A stretch of DNA of 19,442 nucleotides from Vulcanimicrobiota bacterium (GTDB lineage: Bacteria; Vulcanimicrobiota; Vulcanimicrobiia; Vulcanimicrobiales; Vulcanimicrobiaceae). Position 1 is the first letter of the stretch, and each line of letters begins with the position of its first letter. Below are positions 8,441 through 16,466 of the stretch, one piece after another. The notes under the pieces are model-generated. The model worked only from the letters and a program-made list of their open reading frames with translations, did not search any database and was not told the DNA's origin. The position numbers and the translations under genes are program-made. The stretch lies in the NCBI GenBank assembly GCA_003135555.1, contig PLCF01000014.1, positions 76,337 to 95,778 on the forward strand. The letters are read 5' to 3'.

Positions 8441-9796
8441 CAGGCTGGCTGCGGCGCGGCGCAGGTCGACGCCGTCGCGCAGTAACCGTTCGCGCAGCAG
8501 CCACGTGTCGAGACGCCGCGGCGAGACGCCGGCCTGGACCGAGAGCGCCGCGGCGGTGCCGGCGGCCTGGCCCAACGTCATGACCGTCGGCGTCAGACGC
8601 GTCGAGGCGAGCGCCTCGTGGGTGGTCGAGATGCAACGCCCGGCGACGAGCAGATCGTCGACGCCGAGCGGGACGAGGCAGCGATACGGGATCTCATACG
8701 ATGTTCCGGGCGCCAGGCGCTGGGTCGCCGTGCCGCTCCCGGCCGGGTTGTGGATGTCGATCGGATAGGCGCTGCGCGCGACGGCATCCTCGAAGCTGCG
8801 CGCCTGCAACACGTCTTGCGCGGTCAGCGTGTACTCGCCGACGATGCGGCGCGATTCGCGCACGCCGATCTGCGTCGCGGTGGCGGCGATGCGGGCGTTC
8901 GCGAAACCGGGCACGTCGCGGCGAAAGAACTCGAGCAGCTGCATCACCTGCGCGCGCGCTTCGACCTCGGCCCGGGTCAGATCGTCGGGATCGAGCGGAT
9001 CGATGCCGACCACGCGGGTCATGTTCACGGTGACTTCGTCGGCGTACGGCGTGGCGAAGAACGACACCAGCTCGCGCGGCACGGTCACGGAGCCGCGTTC
9101 GCGCGCCGCGTTCCAGAGTTCGTAGAGTCCGGCTACCGCCGTCAGTGCCTCGGGCGTGCGCTCGTGCGTCTTGAGCGCGCTGCGCATCTGCTCGGGCCGT
9201 TGGCGCACGTAGGCCGACAGCGCGGCAAGGTCGACGTGCGAGAGCCGGAACATCAGCGACGCGGGCTGCACGCGGCCGCGGGCGTCGCCCTGCTGCGTCG
9301 GTACGCCGGCGCTCGCCGCGACGTAGGCGTCGGCGGTGGCATCGATCGTGCGCCGCGCGCGCACTTCGCGCGTCCCGGCGACGGTCGCGAAGCGCGCTCC
9401 GGCGACGCGTCCGTCCTCCACGATCGCGTCGAGAAACCAGGCGTGGAGCAAGAGGGCGACGCCGCTTTCGCCCATCATCTCGAACAACAGCGCCTTGTGG
9501 ATCTCGGGATCGAACGGCGTGATCGTCGGCACGTAGTCCGACGCGTCGTGCAGGTGCCCCGGCGAGCCGCCGCGAGCGACGAGCCGCTCGACCATCTCTT
9601 GCGCGATCCCGCCCACGATGCGGTCGTCGCCGGAATGGAACGTCATCCATGGCCCGACCATCGACGCGGTCGCCGTTCCGCCCAGAAATCCGTAGCGCTC
9701 GACCAAGAGCACCCGCGTGCCGCAGCGCGCAGCCGCGAGCGCGGCGGCGCAGCCCGCGTTCCCTCCACCGACGACGAGGACGTCGTAGTCGCGCAT
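8435..9796 (-). CDS. FAD-dependent oxidoreductase (FAD_oxidored-like family)
   Basis: Start re-called to ATG 9796 (MRDYDVLVVGGGNAG Rossmann motif). Also IDATADA, GVRESRRIVGEY, YEIPYRCLVP and LLVAGRCIS. Confidence 0.9.
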   Translation of the reverse strand: MRDYDVLVVGGGNAGCAAALAAARCGTRVLLVERYGFLGGTATASMVGPWMTFHSGDDRIVGGIAQEMVERLVARGGSPGHLHDASDYVPTITPFDPEIHKALLFEMMGESGVALLLHAWFLDAIVEDGRVAGARFATVAGTREVRARRTIDATADAYVAASAGVPTQQGDARGRVQPASLMFRLSHVDLAALSAYVRQRPEQMRSALKTHERTPEALTAVAGLYELWNAARERGSVTVPRELVSFFATPYADEVTVNMTRVVGIDPLDPDDLTRAEVEARAQVMQLLEFFRRDVPGFANARIAATATQIGVRESRRIVGEYTLTAQDVLQARSFEDAVARSAYPIDIHNPAGSGTATQRLAPGTSYEIPYRCLVPLGVDDLLVAGRCISTTHEALASTRLTPTVMTLGQAAGTAAALSVQAGVSPRRLDTWLLRERLLRDGVDLRRAAASLS

Positions 9797-9839
9797 CACG
9801 GTTGCCTTCGCGCACCCGGCGGGCCGCTCCCCGCCGCGG

Positions 9840-11888
9840 CTAGGCGCGCTTCGGCACCACGACCAGGACGATCGCCTCGGCGGCGTCGACTCCGGCCAGC
9901 TCGTCGCGCACGAGCCCCGTGATCTGCGCGCTCTCGGCCATGCCGGCAAACTCGCCGATGCGCCCGGCACGCAACACGAACACGTCGGGCAGCGCGCGGC
10001 CGACGTCACCGAACGTCGTCTGCTCGTCGATCGCGCGCGCCAGCACCCGCTCGACGTCGGCCGCGCACGTCGCGTACGTCACGGCGCCGGCGAGCAGCAA
10101 CCGCACCACGCCGCGCTCGTCCACCACCGCCGTGTCGGTCGCCGAGGCGATCGCCGCCAGCCCGCTGGTACGCGCGATCACGCGCAGCGCCGCAGCGCCG
10201 CTGCGCAGATGGATCGCCGCGGCCGCGAGCTGCGCCGATTCGTCGGCAGTCCCGCGGGACTGCGCGCCCTCGACCAGCGCCGTCGCGCCCGAGGCGGTCG
10301 CACGGACGCGGTTGCGCGCCGTGTCGACTTCGACCACGACCTCGATGCGGTCCGGTGCCGCGCCCGAAGCGACCGCGGCGTCGATGGCCTCGCGGCGGAT
10401 GCGCGCCAGATCCCGCGGCGCGGGATCGACGATCGTGCGTTCGACGACGTCGCGCACGAGCGCCAAGGCGACGCCGAGCGGCGAGATGACCTGCGCATCT
10501 CGCGCGATGCGGTAGGTGAAGCCCAGTTTGCCGGCGGCGTACGGGATCAGCGCCGCGGCACCGCCGCCGCCGCCGACCAGCACGACGTTGGCGCGCTCGA
10601 GCGCGTAGTCCGCGATCAGCTCGTCGAGCGTGGCGCGCAGGCGGTCCGTCGCGCGGTCCAGGATCGCCCGGGCCAGCTCGTCGGCGGAGATCCCCAGCGC
10701 CGTCCCGACAACGCCGCACGCCAACCGTGCGGCGTGTGCGTCCCCCTGCGCGAACGCACCGGCCGGAACGACGCCCAGCACGTTGGCGGCGCAGGTCGGC
10801 GTGATCGCAATGCGGGTCCCGTCGGCCGCGACGAGCGCCGCGTAGCCGCTCGCCAGATCGGCGCGCGCGTCCGCCAGCAGCGCCGCGTCGCTGAACGCCG
10901 CGTACCGGTAGCCCGCGATGTGCGCGGAGCGCGGCCCGACGTCGGTCACCCGGCCGCCGCTGATGCGCGCCAGCGAGCCGCCGGCGACGGCGATGGTGCG
11001 GACGTCGAGCGTGCGCAACAGCGTGCGGTGCCCGCCGATGCGCGCCGGCCGCATCTGCGGCTGGCCGCGCCGGATCACCGAGCAGTCCGCACTGGTCCCG
11101 CCGACCTCGACGAAGATCCCGTCGGTGACGTTCTCGTGGAACAGCGCGCCGGCGATGCCTGCCGCCGGCCCCGACAGCATGGTGAGGATCGGACGCCGCT
11201 CGACCTCGGCCACGTCCATCACGCCGCCGTCGCTGCGCATGATCATGAGCGGTGCCGGGATGCGCGCCGCCGTGACGGCCTGGGCGGTGACGCGCGCCGT
11301 GCGCAGCATGCGCGGCAAGATCGCGGCGTTGAGCGCGGCGGTGCGCGTGCGCGCGCGCAGCCCGTACTGCGACGACACCTCGGCGCCGCTGGTCGCCGCG
11401 AAGCCGCCGCCGCGAGCCGCAGCGACGAGCGCGCCCTCGCGCACGGGCGCGTCGACGCCGAACGGTGCGCTCACGGCGACCGCCTCGACGCCCGCCGCGC
11501 GCAACGCGTCGAGTACGCCCGGGTCGCGGCCGTCGAACCAGTCCGGCGCGAAGCGAATCCCTTCGGCGAGCGGGAAGGGCGCGAACCGCGCGAAGAGCCG
11601 GGCCACCGGTCCGCCCAGCGTGACCACGCCGACCTTGGCGACGTCGCCCTCGAGCAGCGCGTTGGTCGCCTGGGTGGTCGAGTGCGCGATGAACGCGATC
11701 GCCGCCGGGTCGATGCCGGGCTCACCCAGGATGCGTTCGAGCCCGGTCACGATCCCCGCGGCGACGCCGTCGGCATGCGCGTGCGTCGTCGGCACCTTGA
11801 CCGACGCCACCAGTTCGCGCGTCGCCGCATCCACCGCGACGACGTCGGTGAACGTTCCGCCGACGTCGATCCCGATGCGAAGTTTCAA
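9840..11888 (-). CDS. Hydantoinase/oxoprolinase (HyuA-like, actin-fold ATPase) family protein, about 682 aa
   Basis: Start re-called to TTG 11888 (TTGA overlap with the upstream stop). Motifs IGIDVGGTFTD, KVPTT, HSTTQATNALLEG, MRSDGG, SGPAAG, EVGGTS and GGGG. Confidence 0.88.
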   Translation of the reverse strand: MKLRIGIDVGGTFTDVVAVDAATRELVASVKVPTTHAHADGVAAGIVTGLERILGEPGIDPAAIAFIAHSTTQATNALLEGDVAKVGVVTLGGPVARLFARFAPFPLAEGIRFAPDWFDGRDPGVLDALRAAGVEAVAVSAPFGVDAPVREGALVAAARGGGFAATSGAEVSSQYGLRARTRTAALNAAILPRMLRTARVTAQAVTAARIPAPLMIMRSDGGVMDVAEVERRPILTMLSGPAAGIAGALFHENVTDGIFVEVGGTSADCSVIRRGQPQMRPARIGGHRTLLRTLDVRTIAVAGGSLARISGGRVTDVGPRSAHIAGYRYAAFSDAALLADARADLASGYAALVAADGTRIAITPTCAANVLGVVPAGAFAQGDAHAARLACGVVGTALGISADELARAILDRATDRLRATLDELIADYALERANVVLVGGGGGAAALIPYAAGKLGFTYRIARDAQVISPLGVALALVRDVVERTIVDPAPRDLARIRREAIDAAVASGAAPDRIEVVVEVDTARNRVRATASGATALVEGAQSRGTADESAQLAAAAIHLRSGAAALRVIARTSGLAAIASATDTAVVDERGVVRLLLAGAVTYATCAADVERVLARAIDEQTTFGDVGRALPDVFVLRAGRIGEFAGMAESAQITGLVRDELAGVDAAEAIVLVVVPKRA

Positions 11889-12634
11889 GCGCCGTCGGCG
11901 CCGGCGTCGCCCGCCACGACGATCGTGCGCATGATCATCGCGATGCGGCCGTCTCGCGCGTGTTGCGCGACCAGCGCCCGGATCTCGTCGTGGAGCGCCG
12001 CGGCGGGCGCCCCCACTTTGGGGAGATACGACGTGCTCTGCGCGCGCGCCAGCACGCCCTCGAGGTCGAGCACGTGCTCGTTGCGCACCTCGACGCGGCG
12101 CCGCGCATGCCACCCTTCGAAGGCGGCGAACGCCGCCAGCCCGTCGGCACGACGGCGCTCGGTCTCGTCGGTCCGATAGCGCCGCACGATGCCGCCGTAT
12201 GCGGCGGTGAACGGGTCGCGCTCGTCGCGCTCGTTGTACACCACCGCAGCGCGCCCGCCCGGCCGCAGGATGCGAACCATCTCGCGCAACGCCGCGGCGT
12301 GGTCGAACCAGTGGAACGCCTGAAAGGCGGTGACCAGATCGATCGACGCCTCCTCGAGCCCGGTGGCCTCGGCGGTGCCGGCGAGCCAGCTGACGCGCGG
12401 GTGCGGTTCCGCGGCGTCGCGCATCGCTTGGTTCGGCTCGAGCGCCAAGACGGCCGCGCCCCGGTCGGCCAGCAACCGCGATGAGATCCCCGTTCCGGCG
12501 CCCACGTCGGCGGCGACGACATCGCGCGCGTCGCCCAGCCCTTCGAAGAGCACGTCGATCGACGCCGCCGGATATCCGGGCCGGCCTGCGACGTACGCGT
12601 CGGCACACCCGGTGAAGCGCTCGGTGAAGCTCAC
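11885..12634 (-). CDS. Class I SAM-dependent methyltransferase
   Basis: Motifs YVAGRPGYP, DVGAGTG, QAFHWFD and RILRPGG; GTGA overlap with the upstream gene. Confidence 0.92.
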   Translation of the reverse strand: MSFTERFTGCADAYVAGRPGYPAASIDVLFEGLGDARDVVAADVGAGTGISSRLLADRGAAVLALEPNQAMRDAAEPHPRVSWLAGTAEATGLEEASIDLVTAFQAFHWFDHAAALREMVRILRPGGRAAVVYNERDERDPFTAAYGGIVRRYRTDETERRRADGLAAFAAFEGWHARRRVEVRNEHVLDLEGVLARAQSTSYLPKVGAPAAALHDEIRALVAQHARDGRIAMIMRTIVVAGDAGADGA

Positions 12635-14019
12635 CGCAGCGCGTTCGCCAGCTCGTCGTAGAGATACGTCATCGTTTCGATCCCGCCGAAGAACTGGCTC
12701 AGGTCGAACTTCTCGTTGGGTGCGTGAATCGCATCGTCGGGGAGACCGACGCCGATGAGCACTTGCGGCAGGTGCAGGATGCGGTCAAACGACGAGACGG
12801 GGCCGATCGTACCGCCGGTTCCGATGAACACCGGCGGCTTGCCGAAGCCGAGCTCCATCGCGCGCGCGGCCGCGTCGACTGCGGGATGATCGCGCGACGT
12901 CTCTACCGCGCGCGTGTCGCCATGCGCTTCGACTTCCAGCCGCACGCCTCTGGGCGCGACGCGCTGCACGAAGGTCGTCACGGCGTGCTTCACGTGGTGC
13001 GGGTCCTGATGCGGGACCAGCCGCGCCGAGATCTTCGCCCGGGCGAACGACGGGATGATGGTTTTCTGCCCCGGCCCTTGATAACCGCCGTACATCCCGT
13101 TGACCTCGAGCGTCGGGCGGAACCACGCCCGTTCCAGCGGCATGCGGGAAGGCTCGCCGCCCAACTCCGTGACGCCGAGCTCGTGCGCGATCTTGGCCGG
13201 GTCGAACGGCAGCGCGGCGATGTCGGCGCGCTCCTGCGGCGACAGCTCGCGCACGCCCTCGTAGAAACCCGGAACGACGACGCGGCCGTGCGCGTCCTTG
13301 AGCGCGGCGAGGATCTGCGCCAACGCTTCGAGCGGGTTCTTGACGATGCCGCCGTAGTAGCCCGAGTGCAGGTCGGCCGCCGGTCCGTGCACGGTGATCT
13401 CCCAGTGCACCAGGCCGCGCAGCGAGGTCGTGAGCGACGGCACGTCTTCGGCGAATACGGCGGTGTCGGAGACCACGACCACGTCGCAGGCGAGCTTCTC
13501 CTTCTCGCGCGCCAAGAAGGCCTCGAAGCTGGGCGATCCGATCTCTTCTTCGCCTTCGAAAACGACCTTGACGTTGAGCGGGAGCTTGCCGTTCACGCGC
13601 AGGTGCGCTTCGAGCGCGGCGATGTGCATCAAACACTGGCCCTTGTCGTCGACCGCGCCGCGTCCGTAGAGCTTGCCGTTGCGGACGGTGCCTTCGAACG
13701 GCGGCGAGGTCCAGAGCTCCAGCGGGTCGGCCGGCTGCACGTCGTGGTGGCCGTAGATCAGGATCGTCGGCGCGCCCGGCGCGCCGAGCCAGGCGGCGTA
13801 GGCGACCGGGTTTCCGTCGGTTTCGAGCACCTCCGCCTGGGTGAACCCGGCGGCGCGCAGCCGCGCCACGGCATGCTCGGCGGAACGCCGCACGTCGGCG
13901 GCATGATCGGGCTGCGCCGAGATCGACGGCACGGCCATCCAGGCCTTGAGCTCCTCGACGTAGCGCTCGCGATTGGCGCGAACGTGACCGATGAGAGCGT
14001 CGGCATGGGGAGCGATCAT
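12631..14019 (-). CDS. M20-family metallo-dipeptidase (ArgE/DapE-like)
   Basis: Metal-ligand motifs YGHHDVQP, GRGAVDDKG, EGEEEIGS, SDT, DLHSG and IHAPNEK. Confidence 0.93.
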   Translation of the reverse strand: MIAPHADALIGHVRANRERYVEELKAWMAVPSISAQPDHAADVRRSAEHAVARLRAAGFTQAEVLETDGNPVAYAAWLGAPGAPTILIYGHHDVQPADPLELWTSPPFEGTVRNGKLYGRGAVDDKGQCLMHIAALEAHLRVNGKLPLNVKVVFEGEEEIGSPSFEAFLAREKEKLACDVVVVSDTAVFAEDVPSLTTSLRGLVHWEITVHGPAADLHSGYYGGIVKNPLEALAQILAALKDAHGRVVVPGFYEGVRELSPQERADIAALPFDPAKIAHELGVTELGGEPSRMPLERAWFRPTLEVNGMYGGYQGPGQKTIIPSFARAKISARLVPHQDPHHVKHAVTTFVQRVAPRGVRLEVEAHGDTRAVETSRDHPAVDAAARAMELGFGKPPVFIGTGGTIGPVSSFDRILHLPQVLIGVGLPDDAIHAPNEKFDLSQFFGGIETMTYLYDELANALR

Positions 14020-14121
14020 GCCGCTCCCTTCGCCGACGCCTCGCCGGTTTGCTCCGTTTACTCCGGACGCGCCGGCGGAGTCACTCCCGGACCCGGATCG
14101 CAGTCGGCGTCGATCGACACC

Positions 14122-14274
14122 TTAGAAGCCCCCGGCCCTGGTGCGGCGGCGAATGTAGCGATGGATCCGTGCGGGCGGGGCGACGCTGACGTCGCGCGGC
14201 TCGTCGATGTCGATGCGGATGCGCAGGCGCCACGCGCCGAGCACGAGCGCGAACTGGGTCGCGATGATCGTCAC
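14122..14274 (-). CDS. Small 50-aa protein at the end of the ytr-like operon
   Basis: GTG at 14274, 1 nt after the permease stop, preceded by a GGAGG SD. Product MTIIATQFALVLGAWRLRIRIDIDEPRDVSVAPPARIHRYIRRRTRAGGF. Confidence 0.6.
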   Translation of the reverse strand: MTIIATQFALVLGAWRLRIRIDIDEPRDVSVAPPARIHRYIRRRTRAGGF

Positions 14275-14275
14275 G

Positions 14276-15043
14276 TCAGGCCTCCCGCGTCGACCACAGT
14301 TTGGTGCTGGCCACGATCGCGACCAGCGCGATCGCCCACGCGCCGAGCGCCCGGGCCCAGGGGTCCAAATGAAGCACGGAATGGATTCCGCCGCCGGCAT
14401 GGACGCCCGATGACGAAAGATCGCCGAGCCAGGCCAGCGGGTTGAGGTAGTTCAACGCCACGATGACGTAGTGCAGCAAATCGGGGACCGGCGCCGCGAT
14501 CACACCGCCGCCGATCAAGAACACGGCCCAGCTCAGCGCGGCGACGCGCGCGCCGTGCCCCTCGAGTCGGGCGGCGGCCACCGAGACGAGCCCGTACCAC
14601 ATCGCGGCTCCGCCCATCCCAAGCGCGAATTGGGTCAGCGATCGAGCGGCATCGACGTGGAAGTGCGGCATCAAGCCCGAGGCGACCACGCCCACCACGA
14701 TCGCTGCCAGCACGATCGCGTAGCCGGCGAGGATCGCCGCAAGATCGACCGCGACGTACCCCCAAGCGATCGCCTCGCGGCTGCGCGGCCGCGTCCAGAT
14801 GATCGCCGTGGTGGTGTGCTCGGCATTCAGGTTCCCGGCCAGGGCCGTGGCGACGATGATCCCGCCGAACACCGCTATTCCGACCAGCGAGCTGAGGTTC
14901 TCGGATCCGAATGACGAGTCGCCGGCGTTGGCGTGCGCGTGACTCCAATACATCCCCATCAGCGTAAGCGCCAAGCATCCTAGGCTGGACAGACCGAACC
15001 AAAACAGGACGCGCCGGGCACGCAAGATTTCGACGTATTCCAT
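14276..15043 (-). CDS. ABC transporter permease (ABC-2/YtrC-like), about 6 TM
   Basis: Multiple hydrophobic helices; loop EHTTTAIIWTRPRSRE typical of ABC-2 permeases; TGATG coupling to the ATPase gene. Confidence 0.85.
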   Translation of the reverse strand: MEYVEILRARRVLFWFGLSSLGCLALTLMGMYWSHAHANAGDSSFGSENLSSLVGIAVFGGIIVATALAGNLNAEHTTTAIIWTRPRSREAIAWGYVAVDLAAILAGYAIVLAAIVVGVVASGLMPHFHVDAARSLTQFALGMGGAAMWYGLVSVAAARLEGHGARVAALSWAVFLIGGGVIAAPVPDLLHYVIVALNYLNPLAWLGDLSSSGVHAGGGIHSVLHLDPWARALGAWAIALVAIVASTKLWSTREA

Positions 15044-15912
15044 CAGCGGTTCTCCCCGTCGTCGACGACGTCCAAGAAAAGGTCTTCGAGCGAGCGGTCC
15101 AGCACGCGCACGCCGGTCGCGCCGAGCGCGCCGAAGCGTGCCGCGACCGAGTCGGCGCGGCCGTTGGCATGGGCACGCACGCTGGTGCCGGCGCGCTCGA
15201 CGCGCATCTCGGCCTCCATCGCACCCAAATCGGGGATCGTCTTCTCGAACGTCGCCTCGACGACGCGCGAGGCTTCGCGCAAGTCATCGAGCACGCCCGA
15301 GACGACGATCCTTCCGTCGCGCATGATCGCGACGCGGTCGGCGGCGCGATCGATCTGGCTGATCTGGTGCGAGGAGATCAAAATCGTAGCGCCGCTCGTC
15401 GCGGCATCGATGAGGATGTCCAAAACGACACGCTGCATCACCGGGTCGAGGCCGCTGGCGGGCTCGTCGAGGATCAGGATCGACGGATGGTGGGTGAGCG
15501 CAAGGATCAGCGCGAGCGCCGTTTGCTGGCCTTTCGAGAGCCGCGAGGCCTTCTTGCGGCCGTCGAGCCGAAAGGTCGCCAGCAGCTCCTTGGCGCGCGC
15601 CGCGTCGTGCCCGGGCTGCGAACGGCGCGCGATCTCGAGATGCTGGTCGACCGTCATCCATCCGTAAAGGGCGGGCCGCTCCGGCACGTAGCCCAGCGTT
15701 GCGAACGTCTGCGGCGTGAGCGGCTCACCGTCGAAACGCACCTCGCCGGAATCAGGGCGCGCGAAACCGAGCAAACATTTGAAGGTCGTCGTCTTGCCGG
15801 CGCCGTTGCGCCCGAGCAGCCCGCATATCGAGCCCGCCGGGATTTCGAGGCTGACGTCGTCGACCGCGAGCACGTCGCGGTAGTGCTTGGTCAGACCGCT
15901 GATCGCGATCAC
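15043..15912 (-). CDS. ABC transporter ATP-binding protein (YtrB-like)
   Basis: Start re-called to GTG 15912 (GGAGG SD, GTGA overlap). Walker A GRNGAGKTT, signature LSKGQ, Walker B LILDEP, H-loop SSH. Confidence 0.95.
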   Translation of the reverse strand: MIAISGLTKHYRDVLAVDDVSLEIPAGSICGLLGRNGAGKTTTFKCLLGFARPDSGEVRFDGEPLTPQTFATLGYVPERPALYGWMTVDQHLEIARRSQPGHDAARAKELLATFRLDGRKKASRLSKGQQTALALILALTHHPSILILDEPASGLDPVMQRVVLDILIDAATSGATILISSHQISQIDRAADRVAIMRDGRIVVSGVLDDLREASRVVEATFEKTIPDLGAMEAEMRVERAGTSVRAHANGRADSVAARFGALGATGVRVLDRSLEDLFLDVVDDGENR

Positions 15913-16313
15913 TTCTGTTCCTCCGGATACCAGCGGGCGATCGACTCTGCGACGATCGCGCGTACTTCGTTCAAGGTGACTCCTAGCGAGCGGGCTTCGC
16001 GCACGGCGTCGCCGACCGCGCTCGTTGCGACGTCGGTGGCGGCGCGGCGAGTCTCGCCGACGGCCCCGTTCTCGCGGACAAACGATCCGCGACCCGGCGC
16101 GGTGGCGATGATGCCGTCCCGCTCGAGCTCGCGGTAGACGCGCGCGACCGTGTTGGGGTTGAGCTTGAGCTCGTGCGCGAGCCCCTTCACCGTCGGGAGC
16201 CGCTCGCCGGCGCTGAGCGCGCCGATGGCCACGGCTCGCTTGATCTGTTCGGTCAGTTGCGCGTAGAGCGGGGCCCCACCGTGGGGGTCGACCGAGAAAA
16301 AGGCCGGCGGCAC
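15909..16313 (-). CDS. ytrA: GntR-family transcriptional regulator, YtrA subfamily
   Basis: PLYAQL...GERLPTVKGLAHELKLNPNTVARVYRELERDG...PGRGSFV wHTH with a very short two-helix C-terminus; immediately upstream of ABC genes. Confidence 0.9.
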   Translation of the reverse strand: MPPAFFSVDPHGGAPLYAQLTEQIKRAVAIGALSAGERLPTVKGLAHELKLNPNTVARVYRELERDGIIATAPGRGSFVRENGAVGETRRAATDVATSAVGDAVREARSLGVTLNEVRAIVAESIARWYPEEQK

Positions 16314-16319
16314 GGGCGG

Positions 16320-16436
16320 TTAGAGCGTGACGCCCCAGCCACGGAACAGGCGGGAGTCTTGGGCGACGCGGACGAGGGTCGGGGCCGGGGTCGGCCGGCT
16401 GGGCTGCGGGCGGTAGACGGGGCGGTTCTTGTCCAT
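16320..16436 (-). CDS. 38-aa Pro/Arg-rich small ORF leading the ytr-like operon
   Basis: GGAGG SD 6 nt before ATG 16436; TAA at 16320-16322; almost all third positions are G/C. Product MDKNRPVYRPQPSRPTPAPTLVRVAQDSRLFRGWGVTL. Confidence 0.72.
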   Translation of the reverse strand: MDKNRPVYRPQPSRPTPAPTLVRVAQDSRLFRGWGVTL

Positions 16437-16466
16437 GCGGGGCCTCCAAGGGCGGCGGTCTCAGTC

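Noticed and set aside
9797..10009. Extended starts for the FAD oxidoreductase (10009) and likewise nanE (7368)
   Set aside because: Both overlap upstream genes and add low-complexity sequence ahead of the conserved N-terminal motifs.
11889..12608. N-terminal extension giving a 922-aa hydantoinase-like ORF
   Set aside because: It overlaps the methyltransferase in another frame. Family similarity begins at the TTG at 11888.
14060..14081. ACTCCG...CGGAGT hairpin as a terminator of the ytr-like operon
   Set aside because: Short stem, 10-nt loop and no U-tract on the minus strand.
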